Of a DNA stretch of 64,000 nucleotides, positions 60,743 through 64,000 are shown in pieces. The stretch comes from Phyllobates terribilis (taxonomy: Eukaryota). A program made the translations under genes and the position numbers. Every line of letters starts with the position of its first letter. Position 1 is the stretch's first letter. The notes beneath the pieces were generated by a model. The model saw only the letters and a list, made by a program, of their open reading frames with translations. It searched no databases and was not told the origin of the DNA. Location: contig NW_027362765.1 of NCBI RefSeq assembly GCF_046119375.1, positions 386,260,001 through 386,324,000 on the forward strand, given 5' to 3'.

Positions 60743-60805
60743 CATCTGGGAGTTACAACCATTGGGATGAAGATTAAGAAATCTGATGTAATTACATATA
60801 ATTAG
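60743..60805. promoter_or_regulatory. Candidate O/E-like plus homeodomain motifs upstream of OR-4
   Basis: CATCTGGGAG at 60743 and TAATTA at 60789 and 60799, in a block alignable to the OR-2 upstream but displaced by extra sequence at ~60325-60680. Confidence 0.25.
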
Positions 60806-61205
60806 AAGGAGAAAATAAGAGAATTAATTAGTTTTGCCAACAGGTCAACAATCTGTTTATTCTTTTCACATAATAATATAACATCGTTGACATTGATGGA
60901 GGACATTTGCCTAGATTTCGCTCAGCTGGTCAATCTTAGTGTGAAGAAAAGACAATTTAACATATATCAGAGTCGCCCGACTGTCCCATAATGGAAGATG
61001 TTGGCGGGGAAGAAGTATTTCTAATGAAATAAAGCTGCATGCTAAATGTTTAGAGAAAATAGATGTCAACCAAACGAGCTGATAGTCTTCTCATGTGTGG
61101 GGACAACGTAAGAGTGACTATAAATGATAGAGATGTAACTAGAATTTCACTCTTGCTCACCTATAGCTAGGCTCAGACAAGGTACATATTCACACATGGT
61201 TAGTA

Positions 61206-62809
61206 CACTAGTGTTCATACTAATAGCAGTCCAATATGACTAACCAGATTAATCACTATTTTTGGTATAAATTATATTACCACATGTCAAACAATTTACC
61301 AGTTGGTGCAGTAGATTCTAAGAAAACCACCAGACTCAGCATTCGTGATCTGCAGGTTTTTGAGTCTGTGAATTTGAATAATTAATTGTTCGGGGATGTG
61401 TTCAAAATAATAGCAGTGTGGAGGTCAATCATTCGGTGAGGTCAATCATTCTGCGAAGAAACAGGTGTGAATCAGGTGGCTCTTATTTAAGGGTGAAGCC
61501 AGCACATGTTGGATATGCATTTCTCCTTGAAAGCCTGAGAAATATGGGTCATTCGAGATATTGTTCCGGAGAACAGAGTACTTTGATTAAAAAGTTGATT
61601 GGAGAGGGTAAAACTTATAAAGAAGTGCAGACAATGGTAGGCTGTTCAGCTAAAATGATGTCCAATGCTTTAAAATGGGAAGCAAAATCAGAGAGACGTG
61701 GAAGAAAACGGAAGACTATCATTCGAATGAATCGAAAAATAGCCACAATGGCAAAGGCTCGGGATGATCAGCTCCAGGATGATCACAGACAGTCTCAAGT
61801 TACCTGTGAGTACTGTGACAGTTAGAAGACGCCTGTGTGAAGCTAATCTCTTAGCAAGAAGTCCCCGCAAAGTCCTACTGTTAAAAAAAAGACATGTACT
61901 GAACATTTTGCCAAAGAACACATTAACTGGCCTAAAAGATAAATGGAGGAACATTTTGTGGACTGATGAAAGGAAAATGGTTCTTTTTAGGTCCAAGGGC
62001 CACAGACAGTTCGTCAGACAACCCCCAAACTCTGCATTCAAGCCACAGTACACTCTGAAGACAGTGAAGCATGGTGGTGCAAGCTTTATGATATGGGCAT
62101 GTTTCTCTTACTATGGTGCCAGACCTTTTTACCGCAATACAGGGATCATGGACCAGTTTGCATATATTAAAATACTTGAAGAGGTCATGTTGTCTTATGC
62201 TGAAGAGGATATGCTCTTGACATGGGTGTTTTACCAAGATGACGACACTACACACACCAGTAAACAAGCAAAATCTTGGGTCCAGTCCAACAAAATTGAG
62301 GTTATGGAGTGGCCAGCCCAATCCCTGGACCTTGATTCGATAGAAGACTTGTGGGGTGACATCAAAAATGCCGTTTCTGAGGCAAAGCCATCAAATGCCA
62401 AACAATTCTGGGATGTAGTCAAAGCATCCTGGGCTGGAATGACAGCTGACAGGAGCCTGAAGATGGTTGACTCTATGCAACATAGATGTGAAGCAGTTCT
62501 AAAAAACTGTGGGTATACAACTAAATATTAGCTTAGTGATTCACAGGAATGCTAAATCCTTAAAAAAAGAGAGCGTACATATAGTGAGTTTGTAAAGACA
62601 AATGCACACACTGCTATTTTTTTAAAACAGCCCAATGTTCATTTTTTGTTATTTTCTGTAAAGTAGTTAAAAATTATATACATTTCTCTTCATGTTTTGA
62701 ATTAGAACACAGTGTGCAATGTTCCCAATGCTGGAAATAAAAATTAGTATAAAGATTTTGTGCTTAACTCATGTTTTTGAACACACTGCTATTATTTTGA
62801 ACACTACTG
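61206..62809 (+). mobile_element. Tc1 element (DD34E, IR/DR), frameshifted transposase 61544-62531
   Basis: TA TSD; TIRs CA(C/G)TAGTGTTCA..TAATAGCAGT with inner repeats; YQD..WPAQSLDLDSIE gives 34 residues between D and E. Confidence 0.92.
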
Positions 62810-63476
62810 TACATCTACAATAGCACAAACAATGTGAAATATTTCCATCACATAAAACAATCTATAGTTTAACCTGAATCAAAAAATCATTACATGAGGG
62901 TTAAACCTAAAGCCTATGGTGGCGTTGCAGTGGATCACATGCAGACAAGTTCTCTCCGAAAATTGCTGATCGCTAGAGATCTGGGAAGCTGGAAACCTTC
63001 CTACCCAAATAAAATGCCCCCACAGAAAAAAAAGCCATTAAAACATCTTGCAAATATGTTTGCTATGTTGATCTGCAGAAGATGGCTTAAATGTGGTTTT
63101 AAAAGCTATGGACAACTTGGACATGGAAAAAGGATTTTTACATTTGCTATTGATTTCCTATCAGTTTTCATTCATTTTTAGATCTTCTGATATGCAGTTT
63201 GTAGCCAACTCCAAGTTTCTTCTGAAATACAGGCTGGGTGTGATCTCTGTGTATTCAGGCTACTCCTGTCTTCATTTGCTTTTATTCTGCAGTGATTTCC
63301 TCTTCATGTGCTTTCCTTATCTTCTATAGCCTGTTTTCTCTTCCTTCCCTGAGACTGCAGATACTTTCCCCCCTCTCCATTGGAGGTATGAGTACAACCC
63401 ATTTGCTCCTGCCATCCCTAACAGAAGGAAGAGGAGAGCACAGTGAACCAACAGAACTGAGCAGGAGCTCTGTGTA

Positions 63477-64000
63477 CAGTTGAAACCAGAAGTTTCCATA
63501 CACTATATAAAAAGTCAGATCTGCATGATTTTCGCAATATCTGACATGAAATCAGAATAAACCTTTCCCGTTTTAGGTCAATTAGGATTATACCATAATT
63601 TTTAACATTTGCCAAATGCCAGAATAATGAGAGAGAGAATGTTTTAAGGCATTTTTATTACTTACTGCAAAGTCAAAAGTTTCCATACATTTCAGTAGTA
63701 TTTGGTACCCATTGCCCTTAAACTGAATGACTTGGGTCACACGTTTGGGATATCCTTCCACAAGCTTCTCACAATAGTTGGTTGGAATTTGGGCCCATTC
63801 CTCCTAACAAAACTGGTGTAACTGATCCAGGTTTGTAGGTCTTCTTGCTCGCACCTGCCTTTTCAGCTTTGCCCATAAATTTTCATTAGGATTGAGATCA
63901 GGACTTTGTGATGGCCGCTCCAAAACATTGACTTTGTTATCCTTAAGCCACTTTGTTACCATTTTGGCAGTATGCTTAGGGTCATTGTCCATTTGGAAGA
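63477..64000 (-). mobile_element. Sleeping-Beauty/Tdr1-subfamily Tc1 element, 3' part (truncated by the window edge)
   Basis: TA-CAGTTGAAACCAGAAGTTTCCATACACT terminus with an inner repeat at ~63670; [59 protein letters not shown] (DD34E). Confidence 0.9.

Overview
Eukaryotic, almost certainly anuran (frog) genomic DNA; the taxon is inferred from the TE families and OR type, not from a diagnostic marker. The only intact host genes are single-exon class II olfactory receptors on the minus strand: OR-1 (13876-14805), OR-2 (21606-22583) and OR-4 (59370-60299). OR-3 (46749-50624) has an otherwise unmutated ORF broken by a DD38E Tc1 insertion and a solo LTR 4 bp into its reading frame. OR-2/3/4 lie in an old tandem duplication unit (OR + upstream repeat + L2) whose copies later gained different young TEs. 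Most of the rest is nested transposons: a Ngaro-type tyrosine-recombinase retrotransposon (Gag, RT/RH, YR, SGNH hydrolase) hit by three insertions, two large hAT elements plus non-autonomous relatives (8-bp TSDs), five transposase-bearing Tc1/mariner elements (DD34E x3 including a Sleeping-Beauty-like end, DD35E, DD38E), four related solo LTRs with 4-bp TSDs, another LTR with a 5-bp TSD, L2, L1, a V-SINE head, MITEs and Penelope ends. Most notable: minimal hammerhead ribozymes with non-canonical A3-U8 / G3-U8 core pairs, four-gamete evidence of gene conversion in OR TM4, an OR-1-type tail grafted onto OR-4, tRNA-Ser PBS-like motifs inside the solo LTRs, and micro-exon/mini-intron splice-signal arrays in a non-coding hAT element. 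No CRISPR, rRNA or true tRNA genes were found. All alignments and counts were done by eye.
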